From Phoronis australis (Eukaryota; Animalia; Phoronida): a stretch of DNA of 64,000 nt. The notes beneath the pieces are model-generated. The model searched no databases and was not told the origin of the DNA. It worked only from the letters and a program-made list of their open reading frames with translations. Within the stretch, counting starts at the first letter, position 1. Each line of letters begins with the position of its first letter. The DNA lies in the NCBI GenBank assembly GCA_002633005.1, contig NMRA01000011.1, positions 1,438,555-1,502,554 of the forward strand. Reading direction: 5' to 3'. Shown here piece by piece: positions 1-13,663 of this stretch. The translations under genes were made by a program, and so were the position numbers.

Positions 1-542
1 AGAGCCAAACACCAACCTATCAGCTTGATGTTTTTGAGTCCTATTTTCCGGCACAGTGACTTTACCGGGAAGTAGGGCGCACCCTAGTATGTTTCGGTCT
101 GACCATTGAATTGAACATTGCTGTGAGTCGTTGAAAGACTCTAAATCGCTTTCCAATATTGGACATGCTTCTTGGCAAACGGGTTGCATCTTCGCTCTCA
201 TGCTCTCGGGATACCCGCCGACGGCAAGCTGATTTTTCCCAAAACTGGAGGATTTGGACACTTTGAAAATTGTTATTCCAACTTAATTGGGACAAGTTGT
301 GTCGTTAGTGCTTTGTGAACATAATACAAAATATTATTGTTTTGAGCCTTACCTTGATATAGTATCGTCCTGTTCCTTGCTCAGTTTGCAACTAACGAAT
401 AAACGTCGCTAAACCACTGTTTTATAGCGTAAATGTCACATGTCGGTGTACGTTGTAATCAGATTTGAGGATTGCGAAACTCCACTGACTCTTATTGCCA
501 AATCCTGATAACAGACACAGACAGACGAATATGCCTATTACT

Positions 543-617
543 CATGGCGGCGCAGCATAGCGGCTGGGGGGGGGGGAGCTATAGCACCCCACTTATTTCA
601 GTGCTGCGCCGCCCATG
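543..617. mobile_element. Short GC-rich foldback MITE (second copy inverted at ~9906-9983)
   Basis: CATGGCGGCGCAGCA...TGCTGCGCCGCCCATG; the ~9.9 kb copy lies in an insertion absent from both paralogous blocks. Confidence 0.55.
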
Positions 618-846
618 GTCTATGGATGGCGCTCTATATGGAACTCTGGGGCTATAGGTCCGCAGGTAATTCAGTGACGCGACACCCACCCATAACCTGA
701 ATAATAAACATAGAGGCTGGACACTTAAAACTTTGCCGAGCCTAGGCTTCCAACTTCAACAGTCCCAAATCCAAATAAAATCTGCAAACTGGTATACATA
801 AACCTCCGAAGCCTCATCTTCCCCTAATCCCATTAAATTGTCCTTG

Positions 847-1293
847 CAGGGCCGTAGGAAGTGGGGGTGGGGGGGGGGGGCTCGGGGGGGGCACTGGCCC
901 CCCAAAAATGTTCAGGCGTCAGGGTTAAACCGTGGCAACCAACATACGCGTGGGGCGGGGACAGTCGAGAAGAAAAGACTGCTAAATGCAGATAGGAGAC
1001 AAAACTCAAGGGAACATTTAAAAACTGTATCACTGCATGGTTTACCTTTTGAGGACCCTGGCCAGGACATTGTTATTACGGTCTTCGGTTCCGCAGCACA
1101 GGTTGTCTAAACGCACTTGAAAACGTGCACGCAATGATTCATGCACATATTTCGAAAAATCGAAAAAAAAACTGTAAAACGAAGCCGCTTTGCGGAGCGT
1201 ATTAATTTACTGGATTTTTATATTCAATTAGTCAATTTTGCGAAGTCAAATTGGATTGTGCCCCCCAATAATGTTTTCCTTCCTACGGGCCTG
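847..1293. mobile_element. MITE with CAGG..CCTG termini and 5-bp TSD
   Basis: TIR CAGGGCCGTAGGAAG/CTTCCTACGGGCCTG flanked by CCTTG on both sides; G-rich subterminal tracts. Confidence 0.7.
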
Positions 1294-4200
1294 CCTTGTG
1301 ACTGGTGAATTGGCGACGGCATTTCCAAAACAGCCAGAAAACTCTGAATTCAAGGAGGCTAGATAGTTTACATAGCGGCTTTCAGCTGTGCTTTTACTTG
1401 TACTGTACGCCTGGCGAAGATAAAATTTCGAGTTTGAGCAAACAACGCCTATGTCTTAGTCAAGAAATTTGTCTGCAATTTAAAATTAGCCTACCATTTA
1501 TACATAATTTGTCTCTTCTTGTAGCGCATTATTTTTATCACTTAACCTAGAATTTAATGGCAAGAACTGGCATATCTTGTGCTCGATCTTGACATTATGT
1601 GCTACTGTTGGTTGAAGCACAACGAACACTTGGCTTTGGACGGAGGTTTATTCCGATGTTTGACCGCAGGTTCAGTCACGGGAAATCACCTATTGACGAC
1701 TGCCCGCGGATTTCGCAGTAGGCCTACAGTAAGTTTCACTGGTAGCCAGGAATCCGTGGTAGCAATTTGATGTGATTAAATAAGAGAAAGTGTTCAAATA
1801 TATATTCGATGATGATTTCGTAGAGTTCCATGCACATTTGAGTAGAAAATTATGAGCAAAACCGATGTTTACTGTCCTACCTTTGTGTTTTGTTGGTAGT
1901 GAGTAACGCCAGTGGTTATCGAGGAACACTGATATACATCCGGGTGCCTGTGATAACACACTTAAAATTACGAGTAATGTTGTACTAACTCGTGCTGCTG
2001 ATAACAAAACTGATCTTAAACCATCTGATGATCCCTGATTTAGATAACTATCTGGGATTGTCAGTTTAACAATGAGCATTCAGTAGCGGATCAAGTATAT
2101 CGCACCACCATATTTACACACGCAATTCCTAAATGCAGGGTGCCGGCAGAGTTTCGGTTTGTACTGTGGAAGGTGGGTGGGTGGGGGGCACTCCCTGTAA
2201 ATCCGTCTTTGATTTTGATGACCAATTTCTTGCATATTATTTACTTTGACCGGCTTGTAATAGATATGTTTACTTATAGTCCTTATCTCCAAGTGCAATC
2301 TAGTGCAAACATTTTAAAATATTTACCAAATTAAGTAATGTGTAAGATGGCATAATATTTATTTAATTTCTGTTATCAAACTGAAACCCCTTTTGAGCAC
2401 AAATTTGTACCTCGACCAAGATCAGAAACCCATCGAATATTCCCGTCCATTTCCGTGACCTTAGTTAGTTCAGGAACAATTCCTGAATGACTGTCATGTT
2501 GTCCTTGAAAACGTATTGATTTCACCGTGAACGTAAATGCGTTGTCATTTTCTGTGGCTGTTTTTGATGCTCATTTTTTTAAACAACTTTGATTATATAT
2601 TTTCCAAATTTTATCTGTTCTTTTGCATATGACGACTGCATAATCGTTAGTTTGGGAATCTCCCGCAGTAAACACTCGGCTACTTAGGTCAGCCCCGACT
2701 CATCGCGAGGTTACGTAAATTTCAGCAACAGTACCCGTTTTAGTAATGATTTAAAGGATAAAACTTTCTAGATCATCAAATTTCTTATTTTTATTGCCAT
2801 ATCGTGAAACTGATTGATGTGGTTACCGTGTGAATACCCTGACGGGTGAACGCGTTTCTTAGTACTAGGCGGCAAATCGGCAAAGGATTTACAGGCTGTT
2901 AAAATGTAATAAAAAAGCCAAACACGGCAACTTTCCAACAGACAAAAACAAGTTTCATCTCAAAACTGTGACCTCCACACCATTGCAATAACGTGCACCT
3001 GTGCTTGATTTTGCACCCGGACACGACAATTAACCGGCGAAGTAATTCACCTGCAGTTACAGTGCCACTAAATTCGCCGGGAAAATAATCATTTGCTCAA
3101 TTGACTTTCATTTTCAATTATTATGGGAAAATGTATTTTAAGTTACAACTTGTTACACTTTGGGAGAGGCTTAGCAACATAAAATGTAACAAATGTTACA
3201 TTTTACGAAATTTTGCATTTGGTGACGTATCATACCTTTCGGTGCTTGGTGTGTTTTTCCAAAAAATGTTTTCACTGCTTTTTGACCGTTTTGCTTTTTT
3301 AATTTGTTTAACGTGGCCTATGGTGTGTAGAGACAATATTTGTCAGTAACGACTCAGTCGTCATTTTTCGATACAAATTACACAAACATGTGCAAATGTA
3401 AACGCCGTAATGTTTTACATTTGAAAAGTGCATCAGTGGATTGGATAAAAAACGTTAAAATAAAATTGCCAGGCGAAACTAGTCACGAAACCTTTTTTAA
3501 AGCTCCTACAACTCAGGCCTCACTGGTTATGATCAAATATATTCAGGTAGAAAGAAAGCTTACTGAGGCTGAGTATGCTAAGAAAGTACAAATGACCTTT
3601 TGGTGACTGTTTCACACAGGCATCTCTAATAAAGACAAAAATGGTGTTCAATTAAAGGTCTGCCCGCTGACGTCACTGCCTTGTAGTGTTTACATGGGAG
3701 AGGGCTCGTACATTTGTTCCTCGCCTCCTGAAGACAAACACGGTGTTAAATAATGTACCCGTTTTCAGTGAAAGTCCTGGACAATAGTAACACATTTAAG
3801 TTGATGCGAGCGTCACTGGCTTTGTCATCTCTTCCTGTTCTGGTGATCAGAATGTAGTCTGGACTTCTCAAATGGACACGCCTGGTACAGTGTAATCCAT
3901 ATCAATTATAACGGTCTTTTCTAGACCCTACTATTAAAAACGCTTTTCGTATCTAACACGTTCAAATTAATTTCAAAACAAAATTTGAGGATCAAACTTT
4001 TCTAAAGCAAATGCAGTACTCGAGCAGTTGGATTATAAGGTCAAAAATCTTTCCCTGCCACCTCCTAATGCAATACCCCCATTCTCCATGCTTCTTACGT
4101 TTAGAGTGTGGACTAAACACCATTCTGAAACCGTAATTCTTATTTTATGCATTTCAAAGTATGGCGGACATACACTCATTTGAGAAGCATAAAAAAGAGC

Positions 4201-5329
4201 ATAATGATCGTCGAAACGGGTTGTACATAAAAACGTCAATTTCTCAGCAACGTGTCAGATTATGTTTGTGCTTGTTGGTGTTGGGTTTGTTAATTTTTTA
4301 GCTTTGTCTGTTTAAACTTCTACCTTTCTAAAAAAGTATAATGAGAAAGAGCTTTTAAAGTGTTTAAAATAATCAATATGATATGAAAAACACCAATAAA
4401 ACAGGCAAACAATTGACCAGCTTTCAAATTAGTACACAACACTACCTGACGATATGTTATTTCGGGCTGATCTAGAGTTACGAGCATTTATCGGTGGATA
4501 CATAACATAGAATCGGATCAACCGATCACAGCATCACACTCCATTGTAATTTTTGTTTAGTGCAAAAGGTCATCACATATAGCTGCTCCTTTTCCCGTGG
4601 TCTATGGTATGATATGCAGTAGCAGGTATTGCGTTTGTAGTAGCTTGGCAATTCAGTTTTTAGCGCACTGAGGCTCATTTCACTCAGAGTTTCCAACGAG
4701 ACACTAGAAAAGCACGGATATGACACCAGAACCTAGCCTGATGATGGGCATGACACACTGGGGCTGTGTAAATTCAAACGCCACATTCATATCCGTGGAG
4801 CTCAGAAACTTTCACTTTCTTCTATTTTCTTGTTTTTTGGAAAATGAATTCACAGTTGTGATACGCAGTGCTATGAAAGAAAGTTTAATGACGTTGACAA
4901 TGGAGTCACTTGTCAAAACAAGGTAAACGGTGATGTTAAGCACTTTAAATACGCACACAATACCATTGCATGATAGTATGCAAAACTTCACTGCGTGATA
5001 CCCTGCACTAAACAAACCCAATACCTTTATATAATTAGCTGCAGTGAACGAAACAACGTTTATTAGAGTAATGATGCAACAATTGTTGTTAAAGAGACTC
5101 GATTCTTGACCATATTTTAATTGCAATTAAACATAGGTTCATTCAAGGTTTATACTCAAATCATTTTAACAAGATTTGCCTTCAAACATATTGCTACCTG
5201 AATATTCTAACGGTTGAAATGTTGAAAATGTGCTTATTCTCTATTGTCCACTTTGCAAAACTTCATCGTTCAAACCGGATTAATGGTTGGGCGAGTGTTG
5301 AAAAATTACGTGTCTGGCAAATAGGTGTG

Positions 5330-8300
5330 ATGACAAAGGTTCATGTGGTGTCAATGACTGCCATCAAAGCAACATTAAAATATCCCCCTCAGGGATTTAC
5401 AATTGTCCTAACCTTCGAAGAGCCCGCTTGGCAGGTTCTCCGTGGGATGGATTTTCGTCCCTGGTGCGGCTTTGCTTGACAGATTTTCTCTGGCTCCTTC
5501 CCCACTCACAAGTAGCGTGGATTCTGGGTAAATAGTCACTGGTATATTCTTAACATGAATCAGGAAATGAATCAGGAGGTTAAAATCTGGCAGATAAATC
5601 TGCACCGGGCCAACAACCCATCAGTGCTTCTGCAACAGACGCTTGAGCGCAATAACCTATTCATGGCCTTCGTACAAAAGCTGTGCTGTCGGGGGAAGCA
5701 CGCAGATGAACCCTCTTCCTGAGTTTTGTGACAGAGACAATGTGGCAGTGTCCTGTGATACACTAAGACCAAATGGNAGGTTCTCCGTGGGATGGATTTT
5801 CGTCCCTGGTGCGGCTTTGCTTGACAGATTTTCTCTGGCTCCTTCCCCACTCACAAGTGGCGTGGATTCTGGGTAAATAGTCACTGGTATATTCTTAACA
5901 TGATGAAATGAATCAGGAGGTTAAAATCTGGCAGATAAATCTGCACCGGGCCAACAACCCATCAGTGCTTCTGCAACAGACGCTTGAGCGCAATAACCTA
6001 TTCATGGCCTTCGTACAAAAGCTTTGCTGTCGGGGGAAGCACGCAGATGAACCCTCTTCCTGAGTTTTGTGACAGAGACAATGTGGCAGTGTCCTGTGAT
6101 ACACTAAGACCAAATGGTCTAACATGTACAGTATGGGGGGGGGTCTCAGCATATCTGCCAGGGGACTCCGCCGAGAACCCACCCCCGCCTAAACTGCAAC
6201 AAATCACCAATCACTGCAGAGCCAAAATATCCCTTCGTTCAACTGCTGTGATGCCAATTTCCATCGCGAGGTGTGGAACAGCACTGACACCAACCCAAGA
6301 GGTGAGGCACCTCTAGAGTTCATTGTCAGCTCACATCTTTTAAAATGCAACAAGGGTCATGAGTCACATTTGTTGACAGAAACCGGCAGGAGGTTATAGA
6401 CCTTACTCTGGATGATTTGCCTGCTGTTGATGGGGGTAACTAATTGGAGAGTGGATTCTGCACCTTTTTATCTCACCACAGATACGACAGGTTTGAAGTG
6501 GCGACTTCCGTTGTTCCACTATTTACTGAGCATAGGAATACCAATAAGGTGAACTGGGAACTGTATCGTTCAAAGGTTTCCAAACTCCTTTCTACTCTAG
6601 AAACAACAAATATGAGGACTCGTTCTGACGTTATCAAATTGACAGATGACATTAACAATGCCCTGACCAAGTCACTAGATATTTCTTGCCCCAAACGCTG
6701 CATTAAGGTCACTCAGAAACCAAGACAACAGATTTGGTAGACCAAAGAACCGGCACCACTTCCGGGTAAGGCATGTAAGGCTCACAGAGCAGCAATTTGG
6801 ATTGACAGTGACGAGTGCTGGGATGCATATCATCTTGCCTATCGTATGTTTAAGTCCGTCACATGCAAAGCAAATCGTAATTCCTAGAGGAACTTATGCC
6901 AACAACTAACAGCCTCTCTGCATCTGTAAGGCTGGTGCAATTGCTTAAAAAGAACCACTCCTCCAGACTCGAGGTCATTCAAAAAGTGGATGGCTCATAC
7001 ACCCGCTCCGCTGAGGAAACCCTCGGAGTCATGATGGGTAAGTACTATCCTGATAGTGTAAACCTGTCGAATTAATGCTCTGAAGTTACGGACTCCGAGG
7101 AGAGTGAACCATTAGCTTATGTTGATGTTGAAAACATAGCCACACTACATCTCGTGGAGATATCTCTAAAGTCTTTGAAACCATGGAAATACCCAGGGCT
7201 TGACATGATATATAATGCTACAAGAGGCTGTGATATCACTATTTCAAATACTCACAGCGACCTACATGTACAAAGCCAGTCTTAGACTAGGTTATGTCCC
7301 CAAGGCTTTGACTGAAGCTAGGGTAGCCTTCATTCCTAAACCAAGGAAGAACTCATACCTTTTGGCTGAACCATTTAGGCCTATAACCTTAACAACTTCC
7401 TTCTCAAAGGACTGTAAAGGCTCATTCTGTGGCATCTTGATAAACAAGGCAAATATAAAAAACTTCAGGACAACCAGTATGCCTATAGGCCTGGATTCTT
7501 TACAGATACCGCTCTACATCACCTGTTTGCTTGACTGGAAAGTGCTGTTTTTAATGAACAATTTGTCTTCTGTGCCTCCATTGATCTTGTTGGTGCTTCC
7601 AGCAATATTAAGCATGAGCTATGCGAATTGCCCTGAACTACTTTACCCGGTGGATCATTAACGTGCTCGGAAGCCAATCTGTGACTCCTTGTCTAGACGA
7701 TATGAGAGTGGCGGTTCCCATCACCAGGGAAACATCCCAGGGAGGAGCTTTCTCACTCACCCTCTTTAACATGTTTCGACAATTATCTTCTGACATGGGT
7801 CCAAGCTTGTATGTTCAAGCCTATGCAGATGATATTGTTCTCAGTGTGTCAAGCATCAATCCTGACACATGTCGCTATCTTGCCCAAAGAGCGCTGAATA
7901 CAACAGCCACATGGGCTAAGTACGTTGGCTTAGAAATTAGTGGTAGCAAAACAAAGGTGATTATGCTCACTTGGAAGCGTAAATGGTCAATGCGGCCTTT
8001 AACGTTGAATGGTAAACATCTTGATCTTGTAGACAAGGCTACTTATCTAGATGTCAGTTTACTCCATCGTCTTTCCTGGACCTCGCATAGTACAGAAAAA
8101 AATCTCAAAAGGCAAAACTGCATTGGTGAGATGCAGTCGTGCTGTTGATAAAACTTGGTAATGTCTCCCAAGAATATGTTATGGATTTAGATTGCTGTGA
8201 TCCGACCTATAATCTCCTATACAGCGTCGGTATTGGGCTCAGGTGTTTTGTGCAATTGGCACAACCATGGGGACTGCGCACGTCTGATGCACCGCAAATG

Positions 8301-8335
8301 ACATCAGGCCACCTGCACTGTTCTTTTATAAAAGA
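5330..8335 (+). mobile_element. Decayed non-LTR retrotransposon (APE endonuclease + RT; R1/LOA-like), truncated
   Basis: Endonuclease start VKIWQINLHRANN; RT remnants PWKYPGLD, RVAFIPKP..SY...FRPITL, SQGGAFS and VQAYADD; many stops and frameshifts. Absent from the paralogous block, whose empty site aataggtgtcagtgaggtaacc is at ~34164. Confidence 0.85.
5433..6117 (+). repeat. ~340-bp near-identical tandem duplication spanning an N (probable assembly/haplotype artefact)
   Basis: 5433-5776 and 5778-6117 are separated by a single n at 5777 and differ by 2 SNPs and a small indel. Confidence 0.85.
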
Positions 8336-10140
8336 CGTCAAGCAGGTAACCGGTTTCCGAAATATCGTTCTTCCAGTTATGAAAATTGTAATCACCATTT
8401 GTGTATTTCAGCCAGAAGTTTCTTTCAGTACCTCCTATTCCTTGGCAAGATTGACAAATTGTAGTCAACACACTTAACTCAGCGAATTGGCGGGGGTGGG
8501 GCGTTATAACTGAGCAAGATGTTTTTAACTGCAGTCAAACGTTTTGGTGGAATCACCCATTTCCATGATCGAAGAAAAGGGGAAAGGTCGGATTTTCAGT
8601 GCAACCAACCTCGCACTTGGACATTCTGTCTAACTTTTCAATTCTGTGTTGACATCACTGACAAGCGAGACAATGGGGTCATGACCATCCATACTCATTG
8701 CAGAAAATCTTTCCCTTTGGGCAAAACTCATCTCGATTATATTTTTAACCACAGGTTGTAATAAATTTCACCTCCTCCGATCGCCAACAACGATCTCCCT
8801 AATTGTTGGATACCTCTGCACTATGCCAGGCATAGTGACGACAACTGAAGATGGCAAAGTTTAAAACATGATTCGACGGTTTGGGGAAATGTTAACCATC
8901 GATATGTTGCTATGATGCAGTTGTCGTAAGAACGTTCACTGATGAGCATTGGTCGAAAATCTGCGACAGATGTGTCGTCTAGAATTCATCAATACGGTGC
9001 CAGATTGGGTGGAGGCACTATCCAATTGGAGAATCTCGCATTGACGGACAGTAACTTTGTATCACTGCAATCTTACACATCAAAGTTATCTCAGTGAAAG
9101 CAAGTGACTGTGCCTGAGACTGTTTCATTAAAGTCGAAAATTGTATAAATGCAATGAAAATTTTGTTATTCATTTAAGCACCGACAGATATCAGTTAATT
9201 TCCCTTTAAAGGGGAATGTTACAACTTAAAACGCCTTTTTGTTCAATATTGCAAATACTTTTTACTCTGCAATTCAGTTTGAATCTTTTTGTCGGTTTTA
9301 TCAAAACGATGTCAAAGACCCAAGCACCGCCAAGTCAATTCGAAATCTCAAATTCATCAGTTAGCTAGTGCAGATATGACATCCGTTGGAGTAAGCAGAG
9401 AGCTTCGTTTAGTCGATGCTTTTTCATGTGTTATTTCGAACGTTGTCTGTGCATACAAAAGAACAACAACAGAAGGTTCCATCCCCAACCAAAGGTTTTC
9501 AACAATGGTATTGAATGGGCCTTTAACAGGAGTGTGTTTCTTAGGCGAAAGAATCTCTCGAAAATGCAAGATCACGCGAGTGAAAGGCGAGTATATACTC
9601 TGGATCTTGTTAGCAAACAACTGCAAAATAGCAGCTACTGAAGCTAGCTGGACTGTTACGTTGGAAATTCGAATTGTGTAATTTAGATCTCTATTTTCAT
9701 TCCATGAGCCAAAACTTCCAGTTCTTACCTGAAATGTCACTGACAGGAAGTCACACAATGCAAACGCTGACTCTGGCGGCTGGCTGTTGTTTTGATTTGA
9801 TAATCCTTTTTCTAGGATCATTGCTCAAGGAAGAGTATTGGCGGAGCATCACTCAAAAGAGTTAGGGGCTGAAGCCCCCTCAGCACCCCTGTGGTTCACC
9901 GCCTATAGACCATCTGCGGCGTAGCACTAGAAAAGTGGGGGGGGGGCTATAGCCCCCCAACCCCCAGTGCTGCGCAGCCCATGCTGAAGGCATATTGCTA
10001 TAACGATTCTGGAACTAAACTTTACCCAAATCTATCAGAACTGAAAAGCACCGAGGGTGAAAAGCAAGAACCACGGCATTACTCGGACAGATTGACATTT
10101 CGGAACTTAGCCAGACAGTGCGAAGTGACTTTTTATTTAC

Positions 10141-10246
10141 TAGAGCAGACTGTGCTCCGTGAACAAGACGACCCGCCGTGACTACCAGTGACCCGCCGTG
10201 ACTACCTGTGACCCGCCGTAAGTACCAAACTGTTTAGCCTGGTCTA
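10141..10246. repeat. Mini element with 3 x 20-bp tandem repeat and short inverted ends (paralog at ~54328-54412)
   Basis: GACCCGCCGTGACTACCAGT x3; ends TAGAGCAGACT / AGCCTGGTCTA. Confidence 0.6.
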
Positions 10247-13200
10247 GACCATGAACCAAATGAGAGTTATTACTTTTAATACATTGTCTATTAAAAATAT
10301 ACATATTGTTGTTACACGATGTTATGCTTTAGAAGTCTCAAATGCACCCATAAGATTAGCTACTGGTTTTTTGACGCCGGCTTGAACTAGCACTACAAAC
10401 TGCTCGAACCTGCTATTTTAACGACCCTTAGCACTTTGAATTCCTTGAACTCTGACTGGTAACCTTTGTTTGGTGATTTGGAGTATATACCAGAAAACAA
10501 CTGTACAAATTTTTGTTATTTTATACACTGTAGTTCTGGTCAAGGCTAATAATTTCAAGAAGTCAAAATTACCTCACAACTGAAAATGCTCTCTTTGGCC
10601 GTAACGGCGATTGTGTCCCCGTTGAATTTGGTAAACGACATTTTATACATGTGAATGTTACATGTGCAGGCTTTTTACTTTAGTTTTGGCATTATTTACT
10701 TACCATAAACAGCATTTGACACATTTCAGGCGATTTCCATAAAAATACTAAAGAAATATAGCAAAATCTCAATCCAGAATTAGTGGTGACGGGTGGCAGG
10801 GAGCGATGGGGTTTTGGAAACGTCAACCTGTTTGATTAAAGCTGTGTTCAATCACTTTTAAGATCTGATTGTCGAAACCCCGACAGTTTGCAAGTCCCAG
10901 GTCCGTTTAATAATAACATGCTTGCATTTTGGAGTGATATTAAATTAATGCAACATCGATTCAGACGGTGAGACTCAATGTTAACATTGTCTTATCGAGT
11001 CAGCACTTCTGGCTTGGGCAGCTCTTAACACGTTTTATACAAAATATATTAAAGTACTCCAAAATACAATTAAGAGGAAGCAAACTGTGCCAAATTAACC
11101 AAAAGTGAGATTTGATATGAAGGCTACGAAATATTCAAATCTTAACCCCTTTTGCATGCCTGAAGTTCTGTTCGCGAAGTTGCAGTAAAAGTTGATGAAG
11201 TAAAACTCTTCTTGGAGTATACGTAGCCAAGGCTTGTAATGCGATATGAAGTCATTGTTGACACCAGGCTACATGAATCAGCTGAAGGGTCTCTCGCATC
11301 ATAGCACAAAGAAAGACATGGACCCCTTTAAGCGCCATGTTTTTTGCGCGTGGGGTATCGCAGGGCATTCCCACTTTAAAATAATTACACTGTTTAAAGC
11401 TTTCGTCAGCAGACAGACAACTATTGGCGGATCTACAATTAATAAAGCCGAAGTTGCGCAGAAACCTCATTGCGACCAGAAAGAAGGAAAACTGGGGGGA
11501 CAAAATGGCGTCGAGGAGAGGATTGAAGTGTGGCAACCCAGAGACAGTGCGCTTACGTTTTCTTTACACAAACCACTAGATAATACTTTGATACGCTTTT
11601 GTTCACTTTTTATATGTTGAGTGTCTGACGGTGCGTCAGTACTACTCCTTTATTGGCGTAGAGAAGCTTTTAACCCTCTCCTCTAGTTCTGACCCTGAGC
11701 TTGAACTCTGTACAATTCGGGTAAGTTGGTTATATTAATTCACATTTAACTTCTAAATCTTATAACGCTGCTTAGGCTGTAAGCGTTGGGAGTAATGGAA
11801 CAAGCATAGATAATACCATCCACTTCTGGTGGGGTGGATGGCACAAGCTCGAATCATAACGGCGTGGATACTTGAGCTTTAGTGTGAACGAGTTCCATTT
11901 TGAAATCGATATACCGCTCTTGGAAATGAGAAAAAAATCAAATCGAATATCTAATTTTATTTACTTTTCACGAAAGCAAACACAACAATGCCCGGATTTT
12001 ATAACTGTCATTTACGCTTTGAATTTGCAAGTACGGCCTTCTCCATACGTCTCCGCACACACTTCTGAGGACACCTGCAATGTTAAAATGCAGCCTTTTA
12101 ACCCACTCAACCCACCATGTGCTTGTTGTCTTCTTGCGATTAATAACTGTAGTGGAGTATCCCTGCTGCGGCGCTATGATAGTGGAAGGTGTTATTGGGC
12201 GTGCCTTGTTCACACAATCTCTGCTAGTGTCCATTATTCGCGGCCACAAGACCTCATGCGTGTTTTAAACTTGTCCATAAATTACTAGTTCTTTCAACAC
12301 AAGTACATGCATCAAGAGGGAATTTCTTCAAAAACACTATCGAGTGAGAATTGTTAATATTTTTGTGATCATAAACTTTAGAGAAACGGACATTTTCAAT
12401 AAAAAATCGAACAGATTCCCGAAATTTGCACTCTAAATCCAAATAAACTTGTTTTTTAGATCAAATTGGTTTAAGTGTTCTTGACAGGAACCTTTTGTCT
12501 GTTTTCTACACTTTCTGGCAAACGGATAAAACAGATGTTTTCTATGTCAACCAGCTTCAGAAAACTGTTAATTTTAACAGTTCAGAAGACGAAAAAGCAT
12601 TTTGAATACGATCACAAGCTAGGTGATGATCACTCATTCATGGGCATAGTTTATTTATTTGTTGTTTTCCATCTTCAAAATTGTATCTCTAGGATATATA
12701 AAAATTCTTTCTTTTGAATTCCCCACCATGACATGTGTATTAGAGCGATGAAATCAACTTTTTGTAGCCAGTACGTTGAATATATAATGAACATAACAAT
12801 AGTGAAAGCAATACCAGTGGGCCGTAAAATGTGTCAGGCACAGCCATAAGCGTGAAACAAAACTAAACGACCGCAGAACAAGGCAAAAGTAGAGAAATTA
12901 CCCAGACACCACCATGTATTGTCCCGTTTTGACCAAGAACATAATGTCTCGAGCTCTTCACAGGTTACAGGGGGTGAATAAAGTTCATTTCAGTCGGACA
13001 AGGAATTCCACTTATAGCATGGGTGCAAACACTGACTCATGATATCAAAAGAAAGTGAATCATTACAATCAAATATGAATCATGAAAGCATAGCAGTTTA
13101 AACAGTACTCCACATGCAACCAATTAATTTGTACTTTAGAATAAAGAAGCTATTCATTCAGGCCTCTGTGACTGTAACACACTCCTATGGATTAATTACA

Positions 13201-13562
13201 ATGGCTGCATTTGATGGCCTTCTCAATTCCGCCAGGTCAAGGGCCTGGGATGTCTGAGTAGGTCTAGAGTTCAGTAACACTGGGTCCCTGCTATAAAGCA
13301 AGACTTCGCTTTATTAGGTGAGATATTGCCGTGAATTTTATATAAGTACACATGATTTTGGCTAGATTTTAGCAAGGTCCTAGGGGCGCTTTTAGCGTTA
13401 CAGAACTTTGCTGATTGGTCTGTAAGTCGTCATCGAGTAAATATCTGATGCCTTCGATAGTTGACCCTGCGGAAGTAAGTTTTCCAGTCTATATGTTCAA
13501 AGAATGGTGCCCGTTTGGAGTACCGTCCAATCTACGTCGCTATGCAAAATAAGGTCTTACGT

Positions 13563-13663
13563 CTATTTGCATTCACACGGTATTTCCAACACACTGGGAT
13601 CCGGAATATTGGAAGTGGCGTTCACCAAATAAAAGGTACTCGTTTCATACGTGGTTTTACCGT
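13563..13663 (-). CDS. EPDR: EPDR gene A last coding exon
   Basis: gatttcag|AC; (D)GKTTYETSTFYLVNATSNIPDPSVLEIPCECK*; ependymin C-terminal motif. Confidence 0.88.

Larger units (their letters stand above)
3140..12900 (-). pseudogene. Highly decayed, apparently intron-poor coding-like block of unknown identity (interrupted by the LINE)
   Basis: Protein-like minus-strand fragments recur across copies: ILQLFANKIQSIYSPFTRVILHFREILSPKKHTPVKGPFNTIVENLWLGMEPSVVVLLYAQTTFEIT; QPVVKNIIEMSFAQRERFSAMSMDGHDPIVSL; RDACVKQSPKGHLYFL. Many stops; family not recognised. Confidence 0.4.

Noticed and set aside
10170-10226. CRISPR-like repeats (also 29626-29735)
   Set aside because: Contiguous tandem units with no unique spacers, no cas genes and a eukaryotic context.
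12150-12260. Ankyrin-like fragment GLVAANNGH..RLCEQG on the minus strand
   Set aside because: A single short, stop-interrupted match; too weak to name the decayed block.
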